64,000 nucleotides of DNA from Candidatus Peribacteraceae bacterium (GCA_028718905.1 JAQUKV010000007.1:588-64587), one strand, 5' to 3'. Shown: positions 46,121-55,752, counted from the stretch's first letter. Numbers and translations are program-made. The notes: generated from the letters alone by a model not told the origin.

Positions 46121-46271
46121 GCCTCACCCCCCTGACCCCCTCTCCACCCCTACAACGATTCCTGCATGGAGAGGGGGAGATGCTTATATGTTCATTACAG
46201 CATGTCATATCTGATTGCTCGCCCCTCTCCGGTTGGCGTCGGGCGGTGCGGAGAGGGGTCGGGGGTGAGGC
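46121..46271. repeat. Nested-palindrome ~150-nt element, copy 2
   Basis: GCCTCACCCCCCTGACCCCCTCTCC...GGAGAGGGGG...CCCCTCTCCGGTTGGCGT...GGAGAGGGGTCGGGGGTGAGGC, between the convergent yidC and fbaB genes. Confidence 0.9.
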
Positions 46272-46284
46272 AGGAAACTGCCTC

Positions 46285-47355
46285 TCACGCCACCGTCACT
46301 TCCTTGCACAGGTACACGTCCTGAATCGCATTGAGGAGCTCGACACCCTCGTCCATGGGCTTCTGGAATGCTTTGCGGCCCGAGATGAGTCCCGTTCCGC
46401 CGGCGCGCTTGTTGATGACGGCGGTCTTCACGGCCTGCGCCAGATCATCCTTGCCGCTGGCGCCGCCGCTGTTGATGAGGCCGATGCGACCCATATAACA
46501 ATTGGCCACCTGCCAGCGCGCAAGATCGATGGGATGATCGGTGCAGAGTGTCGTGTACATGCGCTCGTCGAACTTGCCGTACTTGCCCTCCGGGCTCATC
46601 GCTTTGTACCCGCCGTTACACTCCGGCAACTTCTGTTTGATGATGTCGGCCTCAAGCGTCACGCCCAGATGATTGGCCTGCCCCGTGAGATCCGCGGCCG
46701 TGTGATAGTCCTTGCCGTCCTTCTTGAAGTCCTTGTTCCTGAGGTAGCACCAGAGCACCGTGAACATGCCGAGGTCGTGCGCGCGCGAGAAGGCCTGCCC
46801 CACCTCCACGATCTGCCGGCGCGATTCCGCCGAGCCGAAGTAGATGGTGGCTCCCACGCCGAGCGCTCCCATATTGTGCGCCTCCTCAATGGTGCCGAAC
46901 ATCACCTGATCGAATGCATTGGGATAGGTGAGGAGCTCGTTATGATTGATCTTCACGATGAAGGGGATCTTGTCGGCATACTTCTTGGCGACGCTGCCCA
47001 GCACGCCAAAGGTGGAAGCCACGGCATTGCAGCCGCCGTCCATTGCCAGTTTTACGATGTTCTCGGGGTCGAAGTAATCGGGATTCTTGGCAAAGCTCGC
47101 TCCCGCCGAGTGCTCGATGCCCTGATCCACCGGCAGGATGCTCAGGTAGCCGGTTCCTCCCAATCGTCCGTGATCGTACAACTCCTGCAGGTGTTTCACG
47201 GCTTCTTTGGGCCGGTCCGAAATGCCAAATATATCCTTCACGTGCGAGGGGCAGGGGATGTGCAGGCGATCTTTCGTGATCCCTTTGCAGGTGTGATTGA
47301 GGAGCGTTTCGGCATCGGAACCGAGGAGTTTTTTAATATCGGCAGTGGCGAGCAT
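46285..47355 (-). CDS. fbaB: Class I fructose-bisphosphate aldolase (FbaB/DhnA type)
   Basis: Near-colinear with E. coli FbaB as I remember it: [32 protein letters not shown]...[13 protein letters not shown]...NSGGASG...[18 protein letters not shown]. The start is taken at [12 protein letters not shown]. Confidence 0.9.
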   Translation of the reverse strand: MLATADIKKLLGSDAETLLNHTCKGITKDRLHIPCPSHVKDIFGISDRPKEAVKHLQELYDHGRLGGTGYLSILPVDQGIEHSAGASFAKNPDYFDPENIVKLAMDGGCNAVASTFGVLGSVAKKYADKIPFIVKINHNELLTYPNAFDQVMFGTIEEAHNMGALGVGATIYFGSAESRRQIVEVGQAFSRAHDLGMFTVLWCYLRNKDFKKDGKDYHTAADLTGQANHLGVTLEADIIKQKLPECNGGYKAMSPEGKYGKFDERMYTTLCTDHPIDLARWQVANCYMGRIGLINSGGASGKDDLAQAVKTAVINKRAGGTGLISGRKAFQKPMDEGVELLNAIQDVYLCKEVTVA

Positions 47356-47568
47356 GGAAACAGTGGGGAAAGTGATGCGTTGAGCGCAGGCTAGCATGGG
47401 GAGGGGATACGGGGTATTTGACTAAAAATAAAAAATAGTACTTGATAATACTTATACTTCTTGGCATACTCTCTGCACGAATTTTGGACGAAGCGGGGTT
47501 TCCACATGGATTGTAGCCCTGCAGGCCCAGCCAAGTTCGGGTGCCATTCTCTATGGAAAGGAGTGGCA

Positions 47569-47895
47569 ATGCTCGTTAGAACCGTAGGCAGTGGTGGCGC
47601 AATGGTGTTCGGTGGAGACCGTCCGGGAATGGTCGTGATCCTCAGTATCAAGGGGACAAAGGTGAAGATGGGCTTTCAGGCGCATCCTGATCTGCCCATC
47701 GTCAACTTGAAACTCCTCAAGAAGATGATCCTCCGTGAGCTCAAGAACGATTTGCTCGACGAGGAAAAGCTGACGCTGAGATCCATGCTCGTCCTGCTGG
47801 AGGACCCCCAATCCAACTACGCCGCCATCATGGAACTGCTGGCCGAGCCCGCACTGGTCGAATTGACCAGCGGTCTCACGACGGCCCGGCAGTAA
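47569..47895 (+). CDS. Divergent CsrA-like protein with ~55-aa helical C-terminal extension
   Basis: MLVRTVGSGGAMVFGGDRPGMVVILSIKGTKVKMGFQAHPDLPI follows the CsrA beta-strand pattern but lacks the HREE/R44-equivalent motif. AAAGGAG lies 5 nt before the ATG. Confidence 0.6.
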   Translation: MLVRTVGSGGAMVFGGDRPGMVVILSIKGTKVKMGFQAHPDLPIVNLKLLKKMILRELKNDLLDEEKLTLRSMLVLLEDPQSNYAAIMELLAEPALVELTSGLTTARQ

Positions 47896-48083
47896 CGGGC
47901 GACAGCGCGATGGATCGCATGATCCTCGCACACAAGAGGCCCAGCGGACGTACGTTCGTCTGGGTCTCTTTTTTTGTGCCCATCATCATTTGCACGCTCC
48001 CGTTTTTTGCTACGCTTATTGCGAGACCGGATTCGTCTGGTTTCACTGGCCCGTCGTTCAGTCGGCTCGTCGTCGGCTGGACA

Positions 48084-48124
48084 CCGGCAGGCAGAGGTTT
48101 TACCCCCTCTCCTGCCGGCTTTTT
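48084..48124 (+). terminator. Rho-independent terminator
   Basis: CCGGCAGG-(19-nt loop)-CCTGCCGG followed by CTTTTT. Confidence 0.6.
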
Positions 48125-48308
48125 CGTGACTGTTTTCTTCACTTCTCCGGCCCGTGCGCGTACCGTTCCGGCTCTCTTAAAGGTTTCCTTTAAGAGATCG
48201 CTCTGTGACAGATTCGGTTCCGTTGTTTTCGGAACGCTCGACAGATAGGAGCGTGCTCTTATGTCTCGAGCGTTCCGTTTCCGTGTTTTTGTGCAGGAGG
48301 ATGTTCCC

Positions 48309-48560
48309 ATGCTCGTGCTCTCGCGTAAGAAGAACGAGAGCATCGTCATCAACGACGACATTACGATCGTCGTGGTAGAGATCCGCGGGGACAAGGTTCG
48401 TCTGGGGGTGGAAGCCCCCAAAGAGGTTCCTGTCCATCGTCGGGAGGTCTTCGATGCCATTCGTCGCAATGAAGCGGCGGCTGGCGACAAAAAGGCCTCC
48501 GACGGATCCACGCAGGGTCAAACCGATGGCGATGCCACCAGTTCTTCGACCGGCTCGTAA
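48309..48560 (+). CDS. csrA: Carbon storage regulator CsrA
   Basis: MLVLSRKKNESIVINDDITIVVVEIRGDKVRLGVEAPKEVPVHRREVF. AGGAGG lies 8 nt upstream of the ATG. Confidence 0.9.
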   Translation: MLVLSRKKNESIVINDDITIVVVEIRGDKVRLGVEAPKEVPVHRREVFDAIRRNEAAAGDKKASDGSTQGQTDGDATSSSTGS

Positions 48561-48662
48561 CCCAACGGGTTACCGATTGTCACAGTGTAAGGCCCAATGC
48601 ATCCGTGCACTGGGCCTTCTCATTATGTCGTCACTCTTGGCTCGCTCCGCTATGCTGTGCCT

Positions 48663-50255
48663 ATGGCCGACAAGACCGCATCGTCGCTGCGCCTCTACAA
48701 CACGCTCACTAAGCGTGAGGAGGAGTTCGTGTCGATTGAAGAAGAGAAGAAGAAGACCCTTCGACCCGCCCCTCACGCACGTTCGGGACTCGCTCAGGGT
48801 AAAAACGGTTCCCGCGGAACCGTTTTCATGTACACCTGCGGTCCCACAGTCTACGGTCGGCCGCACATCGGCAACTATGCATCGTTCCTCATGGCAGACC
48901 TGCTGCGGCGCTGGTTGGAGGTGATGGGGTACGAAGTGATCCATGCCAAGAACATCACGGATGTCGGGCACCTTCTTCATGATGCCGAGCAGGGCGACGA
49001 CAAGATTGAGAAGCAGGCGAAGAAAGAGAAGCTCGATCCGCTCGAGATCGCCCGCAAGTACGAAGCACAATATCTTTCGGACGAGAAGGCGCTGAATATG
49101 CTCGAACCCTTTGCGCGGCCCCGCGCCACCGAGACAGTCAAAGAGATGCTCGAGATGGTCCGTGTTCTTCTCGACAAAGGTTTCGCGTACGAGATTTCGG
49201 ACGGCATCTACTTTTCGGTTGAGAAATTCCCGCAGTACGGAGCGCTTTCGGGCAATACGATTGAGAACCTGTGCGCCGGCATGCGCATCGAGGAGCGCGA
49301 GGGTAAGCACTGCAGCGCGGATTTCGCGCTCTGGAAGAAGTGTGTGGGTGAGAACGCGCCGCATCTTCTGCGGTGGAGCTTCAAAACGGGTGAGCGTGTC
49401 TTCACCGAAGGCGACGATGCATCGGCCGGATTCCCCGGCTGGCACATCGAGTGCTCCGCGATGAGCCGCAAGTTCCTGGCCGATCAAATTGATATCCACA
49501 CGGGCGGTGAGGACAACATCTTTCCGCACCACGAGTGTGAAATCGCCCAGAGTGAGGCCAGTAGTGGCCGAAAACCCTTCGTCCGCACGTGGGTGCACCG
49601 CCGCCGCATCAAGATGGGGGAAGAGAAAATGAGTAAGAGTCTTGGCAACGTGTTAAGTTTGCCTGACGTGATTGCAAAGGGTTTCAGCCCCTTGGACCTG
49701 CGGTACTACCTTCTCTCCGTCCACTACCGCACCAATTTGAAGTTCACCATGAAGGGACTGGAGGATGCAAAGAAGGCGCGGCGGAAGATTGTGGAGTGGA
49801 TGGAAGAAATTCATACTGCCCATCAGCAAACACTGGGCATGTCCAAGAGTGCGTTGCAAGAACACATTGCGCAGTTGCCAAAGGAAACGGTTGGGAATAG
49901 AGAGCAGATCAAAAAATGGACTCCTCTTTTTACAAAAATGATGAACGAAGATCTCAATACACCAGCTGCACTTTCTTGTGTCTTTAATGCGATGACAACA
50001 TCACGATTGGGCAAAGGAGATTTCTATGTGAAATCAGTACTTATAGATTTCGTGAAACTGGTTCGCCACACCTTTGGCTGTTTCGAACCAGAGGCACTGG
50101 ATGTTCCCGCCAAGGTCTTGCAGCTACTGAACAAGAGGAAAGAAGCACGTAAGGCAAAGGACTACCATTTGTCCGATCAACTGCGAGAAGAGATTCACAA
50201 AGAAGGATATGAGGTACGTGACAACGGTGATGAACAGGAATTAAAAAAGTTATAA
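48663..50255 (+). CDS. cysS: Cysteine--tRNA ligase, with N-terminal repeat-derived insertion
   Basis: LYNTLTKREEEF ... MYTCGPTVYGRPHIGN (HIGH motif) ... KMSKSLGN (KMSKS motif). About 28 extra residues sit between the first strand and the HIGH region. Confidence 0.9.
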   Translation: MADKTASSLRLYNTLTKREEEFVSIEEEKKKTLRPAPHARSGLAQGKNGSRGTVFMYTCGPTVYGRPHIGNYASFLMADLLRRWLEVMGYEVIHAKNITDVGHLLHDAEQGDDKIEKQAKKEKLDPLEIARKYEAQYLSDEKALNMLEPFARPRATETVKEMLEMVRVLLDKGFAYEISDGIYFSVEKFPQYGALSGNTIENLCAGMRIEEREGKHCSADFALWKKCVGENAPHLLRWSFKTGERVFTEGDDASAGFPGWHIECSAMSRKFLADQIDIHTGGEDNIFPHHECEIAQSEASSGRKPFVRTWVHRRRIKMGEEKMSKSLGNVLSLPDVIAKGFSPLDLRYYLLSVHYRTNLKFTMKGLEDAKKARRKIVEWMEEIHTAHQQTLGMSKSALQEHIAQLPKETVGNREQIKKWTPLFTKMMNEDLNTPAALSCVFNAMTTSRLGKGDFYVKSVLIDFVKLVRHTFGCFEPEALDVPAKVLQLLNKRKEARKAKDYHLSDQLREEIHKEGYEVRDNGDEQELKKL

Positions 50256-50265
50256 GAAACAATTT

Positions 50266-50363
50266 ATCGCGAAGCGCGGGTCTCGCGGGTTCCCGCGCTG
50301 GAGCGATTCCTCTAAAGGGAAAGGAGAGTCCATGAGGGGAAAACCGTAGGTTGTCCCCTCATG
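50266..50363 (+). ncRNA. Structured-RNA-like element, copy C
   Basis: ATCGC-GAA-[GCGCGGGTCTCGCGGGTTCCCGCGC]-TGGA-GCGAT-TCCTCTAAAGGGAAAGG-AGAGTC-[CATGAGGGG AAAACCGTAGGTTGT CCCCTCATG]. Confidence 0.6.
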
Positions 50364-51393
50364 CATAAAAGGCTATGAAGTGAAAGATACGGCGGAGGGA
50401 CAGAAGGTACGAAAACTATAGTTATTCTTTTTGATGCATCGGGAATCGTTGTCTCGTTGAGTGGAGAACTGATTGGTTTCCTCTGTCCTTTCTTTGCCAA
50501 GCGCGGCAAAGAAAGGACGAAAGAAAGCGCTGCGCCTATGAACCCCTCCGCTATCGCCGCCACATAGGCGCGTTTCCGGAAATTTTGTTGGCTGTTTTGT
50601 TTCCGCATCCGATTTTGTTTTTGTGGGCGTTCTTCTTCTTCACCTTTGTTCATTCAGCGCAGCCATTGAAAACAGGTACCTTCATTAAGGAAATTTAAAG
50701 GGAAATGTCAGGTCAATAAAACGTCGTGTTAAGGCGGCCGAACGGAAAAAGAGCTTTACCAACACATATTTCCTATACATCAAGGTGGTTTTTTACCCAC
50801 TTTCCGGAGTGAGTAAGCCTATTTTCTCTTCAATTCTCTTAAGAGAAATTGGCAATAAGTGCCTTTTGAGCCATCAATTCCGGAACGTTCCGGCAGAAAT
50901 GACCCTGTAACACTCCCTATTCCTCCCCGTTTGACCCAATGCACGGATCCGTGCGAGATCTTGCAGCTTCCTGCAGATTTCCATAGGATCTCCGCGATCC
51001 GCCTTCCTCGAGGAAAGGAAAGCGAGATCCGTGTATACGCCCTTTGACAAATCGGCGCCTTGCCTTTGTCCCGCGTATGCGGGACGAGACAAGCTTCACA
51101 CCTTGCTTTCCTTTTTATAGGGAAGGACAGGTCGTGTTCCTTCAGTGGCCGTCGAACCCTGGAAAGGATCTCCTTGGCCTCGTGACACCTCTTTATATAT
51201 AAGGAGAAGCCCCGCACTTTTGCGGGTTCATGTGGATGAATGTAAAAGCATCCGCAAGAGCGCGGGGCGTTCTCGCACACAAGAGCGCAGGGGGACAGGT
51301 AACGAGTCACTACCCACAATCACTTTCATACCATCATCGCATTTCCTCATTTCCTCATTTTTCGGTCTTTATTTCCTCTCTACTCCATACCTT

Positions 51394-54300
51394 ATGGATA
51401 TTTCCCGCTTTAAGAGAGCCTGTGCGGGTCTGTCCGTCGCAGCGATCATGCTGACCCAGGTCGGCACGGCGTTTGCAGCGTACAGCGATGTCCCGTCAGG
51501 CGTGTGGTACGGGGATGCCGTTTCGGCTTTTACCGATGCCGGCTACCTCGATGCTACGCAACCGCGCTTCCGTGGTGGTGACACTGCCACGCGTGCGGAA
51601 TTCACCAAGCTGATCGTCATGCTGAATGGCGGTCTGCTCTCCACTCCTCCGGCTGTGCCGAGCTTCAACGACGTGCCGACCGGCGCGTGGTTCTACGCTT
51701 ACATGGAAGAGGCAGCCAAGGAGGGCTGGGTGCGTGGTGACAATAACTGCTACGGCACCAAGCCGTGCAACGCTCGCCCGAACGCGAACATCAATCGCGC
51801 GGAGGCAGCTTCCCTCATCGTCCGTGCCTTCGGCCTGGACTCGACCGGCGCAGCTGCGCAATTCGTCGATAATCCTTCCGGCCAGTGGTACACAGAGGGC
51901 ATCCAGACTGCTGCGGATCACTGTGTCCTGCAGGGTGACGATTCCACGGGTCGTGTTCGCCCCTCTGACAACATGAACCGCGCGGAAATGGTGGTCATGC
52001 TCCACCGCGTCGACCAAGGTTTGACCTTCGGTGTCGACTGCGGCAAGGGCCAGGTCACTGTTCCGGCTGTCAAGTCCGTCATGGCCACGTCCGCGTTGAC
52101 CGTTGAAATCGAATTCACGGTTGCCATGGACAAGACCTCCGCCGAGAACAAGGCCAACTACACGATGTCCGGCTCCCCGACTGTACCGATCAATGCCGCC
52201 AAACTCATCGCCAAGGACACGGTCGAGCTCACGCTCGGCGAAGAGATGGTTGCCGATCATGAGTACACGATGCAGGTGAAGGACGTCGAATCCGAGGCCG
52301 GAGACACGGTCTCGGGCACCAAGACCTTCGCTGGCTATGCAGCCATCGTGAAGGGCGACGGTGAACTCGAGGTCTCTCTCTCGTCCAAGAACCCCCGCGG
52401 TGACACCCTGCCGAAGGGTGCCGTGGGTGTCGTCCTGCTCTCCGCCGACTTCACTGCGTCCTGCAAGGACACGGTGCAGGTGGAGAACCTCACCGTCCTC
52501 CATGAGGGTTTCGGTGAGTCCACCGATATTGATGGCGTGTACGCCGCCGTGAATGGCGCGCGCGTATCGCGCAAGCGGACGATCGATGCGCAGGATCAGA
52601 CCGCGGATCTGCGGTTTTCCTCCGCGCTCGTGATCGATCCGTGCGAGACCGTGACGGTCGACCTCGTCGCGGATTTCAGCTCCACGGCCGTTACGGCTTC
52701 GGAGCATGACTTCGTGGTCGAACTGCCGTCCGATGTCACCAGCAACGCTGCTGCCGTTACCGGGAATTTCCCGCTCCGCGGCGAGACCTTCAGAATAGCG
52801 GCTGTGACGAGCGGCATTCTGACCATCACGTACCGCTCGGTGAACCCGAGTCAGGTGCAGGTGGGTGACAAAGGCAAGGTGATCGGCAAGTTCGAAGTCG
52901 ACGCCGACTCCACCGAGGATCAGACGCTCTATTCGATGACCTTCGAGCAGAACAGTTCCGCTTCCGACGGCGACTTCGTGAATATCGCAGTCCGCCGCAC
53001 GGATGGAACGATCCTCACGAACACCGTTGCGCAGACAGTCGGTGATTTCATCACGATGGTCTTTGATCCTCCCTTCACGATTCTGGAGGGCGACAAGATC
53101 ACGCTCGAGATCGTCGCAGACATTCTGAATGGTGCAGATAAGTCCATTCAGATGCACTTCGAAGAGAGCTCCGATCTCTTCGCAGTCGGTTCTCTGTACG
53201 GCTACGGCGTGAACGGCCAGCTCTACGGTTCGCAGGTGAGCATCCCCACGGATAACGCCTCGACCGTCAGCATCGATGCAGGTGAATTCACCATCGGCAT
53301 CAATGGTCCGGCCACCACGCAGTACACGAGCGACAGCAATGATGCCGTACTCGCCAACGTCGAGTTCTCGACGGGCGGTGAGGATATCGACATCAAGAAC
53401 CTCTACATCCTCGTGCATGGTCAGACCTCCACGGGAGGCTACATGTGTGTCAATGGCGGATCGGCAGCCACTGCGGCAGCCTGCGATGCCTCGACGACAG
53501 ACACCGTAGCCATCAATTCCCAGATGGAAGGAGTGGAACTCCGCAACAAGACCACGGGCCGCACGGTCACAGGTGTGCGCCTGACGACCAGCGCCGGCAG
53601 TGGAGATGCTGCGGCTGCCAATCCGGGCGAATTCCAGATCTACCGCTTCGACGACTTCGTCGTGAAAGGCAAGCAGACCTGGCAGTTCCGCGTGGATTTC
53701 AGCTCTAACTCCGGTTCGCACCCGCGCAACGGAGACAAGTTCCGCATCTATATCTGCGGCGAGCCCACGCACGTGCTCGACACGAGCAACAACCTGACGA
53801 CGAACTCTTCCACGTGTTCGTTCGGCAGCGTGATCACGGGTGTGACGACCTACCAGATGGTTGTGGAAGGTCTCACGACCGGTGACAAAGTCGGAGATGT
53901 CCGCCCGCGCGGCGACATTGCCGGTAACGTCATGGAAGTGATCGACGCCACCCTCACGGTGGAGGTGAAGGCCCTCGCGACGTCGGAATCAGCCGTCGAA
54001 AATGCGAAGGATATCAACCTCTTCCGCTTCGAGGCCAAGGCCAGCTCCGCCGAAGACCTGCTCTTTACCAAGGCGGTCTTTGAGGCAGATTCCGGATCAC
54101 TCGTGAACGTGAACAACTACGCCCTCTGGGTGGACACGGATGGCGACCGCGTGGTCGACACGGTCCTCGAGAACGGTGTGGCGACCCAGTCGAGTCAGGT
54201 GACCTTCTCCGAGATGGCTGGAGGCGGCTATGTGCTCCCGAAGGAGCAGACGGTCGTCTTCGAAGTCCACGGTGATGTGGCCTCCTCGCTCACGGGGAAT

Positions 54301-55677
54301 GACCTTCAGCTCTCCTTCGATACTGGGTCCACGGTGACCTATGTCGAGGCCGAGAAACTTGCCGACGGCACCAGCCTCTCCGGCATCAAGACGAATGGTG
54401 TTTGCTCCACGACCTGTGACATCACGGTGACGACTGCCAAGTCCACCAACTACACGCTCCGGGCACAGGGAGACCTGTTCGTTTCGCTTGATTCCCAGAC
54501 AATCGGCGCACGCCAGCTCCTCGGTGGAACCCTTGGCGAGCCCGTCCTGCGCATCAAGATGCATGCCGAGTACGAAGATATCGACGTGACGGACCTTGTC
54601 CTGAACTCTTCAGGAAGCACGGCCGCGTCCGTTGACTCTCTCGAACTCTGGCTGGATGGCGCCACCCAGGCCACCGCGGTAAGCGGCGGCTGCGGCAGCG
54701 CTGATGTGCTGAACCGCATGACCTCCGGCTCCGCCAATACCGAGGCCTCCGGTTCCGGAACAACCGCCTTCTGCTTCACGATGGATAACAAGCAACTCGT
54801 GGTAGCGAAGGGTACGGATGTGAAGGTGACGGTCCGGCCCAGAATCAAGACCGACGTGAACGGTGCGACGAGCAACAACCTGTTCGCTCTCTTCATCGAT
54901 CACACGGCCGCGTCCAACGATTCCACCGGTACGGGATCCGTGCGCGCGCGCGGTGTTGCCTCGAGCAACAACCTGATCGCGAACAACGGAAACTCGACCG
55001 CGAATGGTGAGGTCTTCATCGGCCGCACCGCCGCCAACGCGGCCAATGCCCGCGTTGTCGGTAACGTCAACATGACAGTCCTCTCGAAGCTCGCTTCGAT
55101 CACGAACGGCGGAGCCGCCACGGGCACAGTCCCGAGCGGAGCTGACCGCGAGATCGGCGCCTTCACCCTCACTGCTGCCACAAACAGCAACTCGAAGGAT
55201 GGCGCGAACCAGTGGGTACTTTCGGGAGCGATCTTCACGGTGAACGCTACGAACGTGAACATGGCGACCACCGGATTCAAGATCTACAACAAGTCCGCTT
55301 CGATGTCGCAGAACGTTGCCTGCACGTCGGAGACGACGGCTGGTACCACGATTGTCGGAACAGCTTCCGGCGTCTTCTTGGTCGACTGTCGCGGCTTGGT
55401 GGGATCCGTCGTGAATACGGCGGTTGACTCCGGTCAGTCCATCACGCTCACGCTGCTCGCGAACGTGACGAACACGAACACGGCTGCTTCGAGCGGAGGC
55501 TCCAGCATCCTGCAAGTGTCTCTGAACGACTTTACGAACATCACGAAGTCGGTCTTCGGACAGGCCTCGGGTGAAAGCCGCCTCCAGTGGAGGGATACAG
55601 ACAACGCTGCGAACCAGAAGTTCCAGTGGGTTGAGTATCCTGACACAGCGGTCAACTCGACGACCTACCGTGGCTAA
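51394..55677 (+). CDS. Giant SLH-anchored surface (S-layer-type) protein
   Basis: The start is taken at MDISRFKRACAGLSVAAIMLTQVGTAFA (signal peptide). Three SLH modules are followed by ~1200 aa of Thr/Val/Gly/Ser-rich beta-type sequence. A strong terminator lies downstream. Confidence 0.85.
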   Translation: MDISRFKRACAGLSVAAIMLTQVGTAFAAYSDVPSGVWYGDAVSAFTDAGYLDATQPRFRGGDTATRAEFTKLIVMLNGGLLSTPPAVPSFNDVPTGAWFYAYMEEAAKEGWVRGDNNCYGTKPCNARPNANINRAEAASLIVRAFGLDSTGAAAQFVDNPSGQWYTEGIQTAADHCVLQGDDSTGRVRPSDNMNRAEMVVMLHRVDQGLTFGVDCGKGQVTVPAVKSVMATSALTVEIEFTVAMDKTSAENKANYTMSGSPTVPINAAKLIAKDTVELTLGEEMVADHEYTMQVKDVESEAGDTVSGTKTFAGYAAIVKGDGELEVSLSSKNPRGDTLPKGAVGVVLLSADFTASCKDTVQVENLTVLHEGFGESTDIDGVYAAVNGARVSRKRTIDAQDQTADLRFSSALVIDPCETVTVDLVADFSSTAVTASEHDFVVELPSDVTSNAAAVTGNFPLRGETFRIAAVTSGILTITYRSVNPSQVQVGDKGKVIGKFEVDADSTEDQTLYSMTFEQNSSASDGDFVNIAVRRTDGTILTNTVAQTVGDFITMVFDPPFTILEGDKITLEIVADILNGADKSIQMHFEESSDLFAVGSLYGYGVNGQLYGSQVSIPTDNASTVSIDAGEFTIGINGPATTQYTSDSNDAVLANVEFSTGGEDIDIKNLYILVHGQTSTGGYMCVNGGSAATAAACDASTTDTVAINSQMEGVELRNKTTGRTVTGVRLTTSAGSGDAAAANPGEFQIYRFDDFVVKGKQTWQFRVDFSSNSGSHPRNGDKFRIYICGEPTHVLDTSNNLTTNSSTCSFGSVITGVTTYQMVVEGLTTGDKVGDVRPRGDIAGNVMEVIDATLTVEVKALATSESAVENAKDINLFRFEAKASSAEDLLFTKAVFEADSGSLVNVNNYALWVDTDGDRVVDTVLENGVATQSSQVTFSEMAGGGYVLPKEQTVVFEVHGDVASSLTGNDLQLSFDTGSTVTYVEAEKLADGTSLSGIKTNGVCSTTCDITVTTAKSTNYTLRAQGDLFVSLDSQTIGARQLLGGTLGEPVLRIKMHAEYEDIDVTDLVLNSSGSTAASVDSLELWLDGATQATAVSGGCGSADVLNRMTSGSANTEASGSGTTAFCFTMDNKQLVVAKGTDVKVTVRPRIKTDVNGATSNNLFALFIDHTAASNDSTGTGSVRARGVASSNNLIANNGNSTANGEVFIGRTAANAANARVVGNVNMTVLSKLASITNGGAATGTVPSGADREIGAFTLTAATNSNSKDGANQWVLSGAIFTVNATNVNMATTGFKIYNKSASMSQNVACTSETTAGTTIVGTASGVFLVDCRGLVGSVVNTAVDSGQSITLTLLANVTNTNTAASSGGSSILQVSLNDFTNITKSVFGQASGESRLQWRDTDNAANQKFQWVEYPDTAVNSTTYRG

Positions 55678-55723
55678 TTGCATTTCGGTGATTCGTAGTA
55701 TTTGACGCGTGCAACCAAACTAA

Positions 55724-55752
55724 GCCCTCCCGCGAAAGCGGGGGGGCTTTTT
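55724..55752 (+). terminator. Rho-independent terminator
   Basis: GCCCTCCCGC-GAAA-GCGGGGGGGC followed by TTTTT. Confidence 0.8.

Noticed and set aside
47910-48248. 112-aa plus-strand ORF between the two csrA-like genes (and the 211-aa minus ORF 47876-48511).
   Set aside because: The plus ORF reads through a terminator hairpin. The minus ORF overlaps canonical csrA. Neither has motifs.
50312-50653. 113-aa minus-strand ORF downstream of cysS.
   Set aside because: It reads through copy C and two perfect palindromes. It has no ribosome-binding site and a low-complexity N-terminus, so the region is more likely non-coding structured DNA or RNA.
51496-53772. 758-aa minus-strand ORF (and 54610-55683, 357 aa) antisense to the giant surface-protein gene.
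   Set aside because: The translations are Arg/Gly/His/Asp-rich nonsense with no motifs. The plus-strand frame has a signal peptide and SLH modules. Long antisense ORFs are expected when the sense frame has strong GC3 bias.
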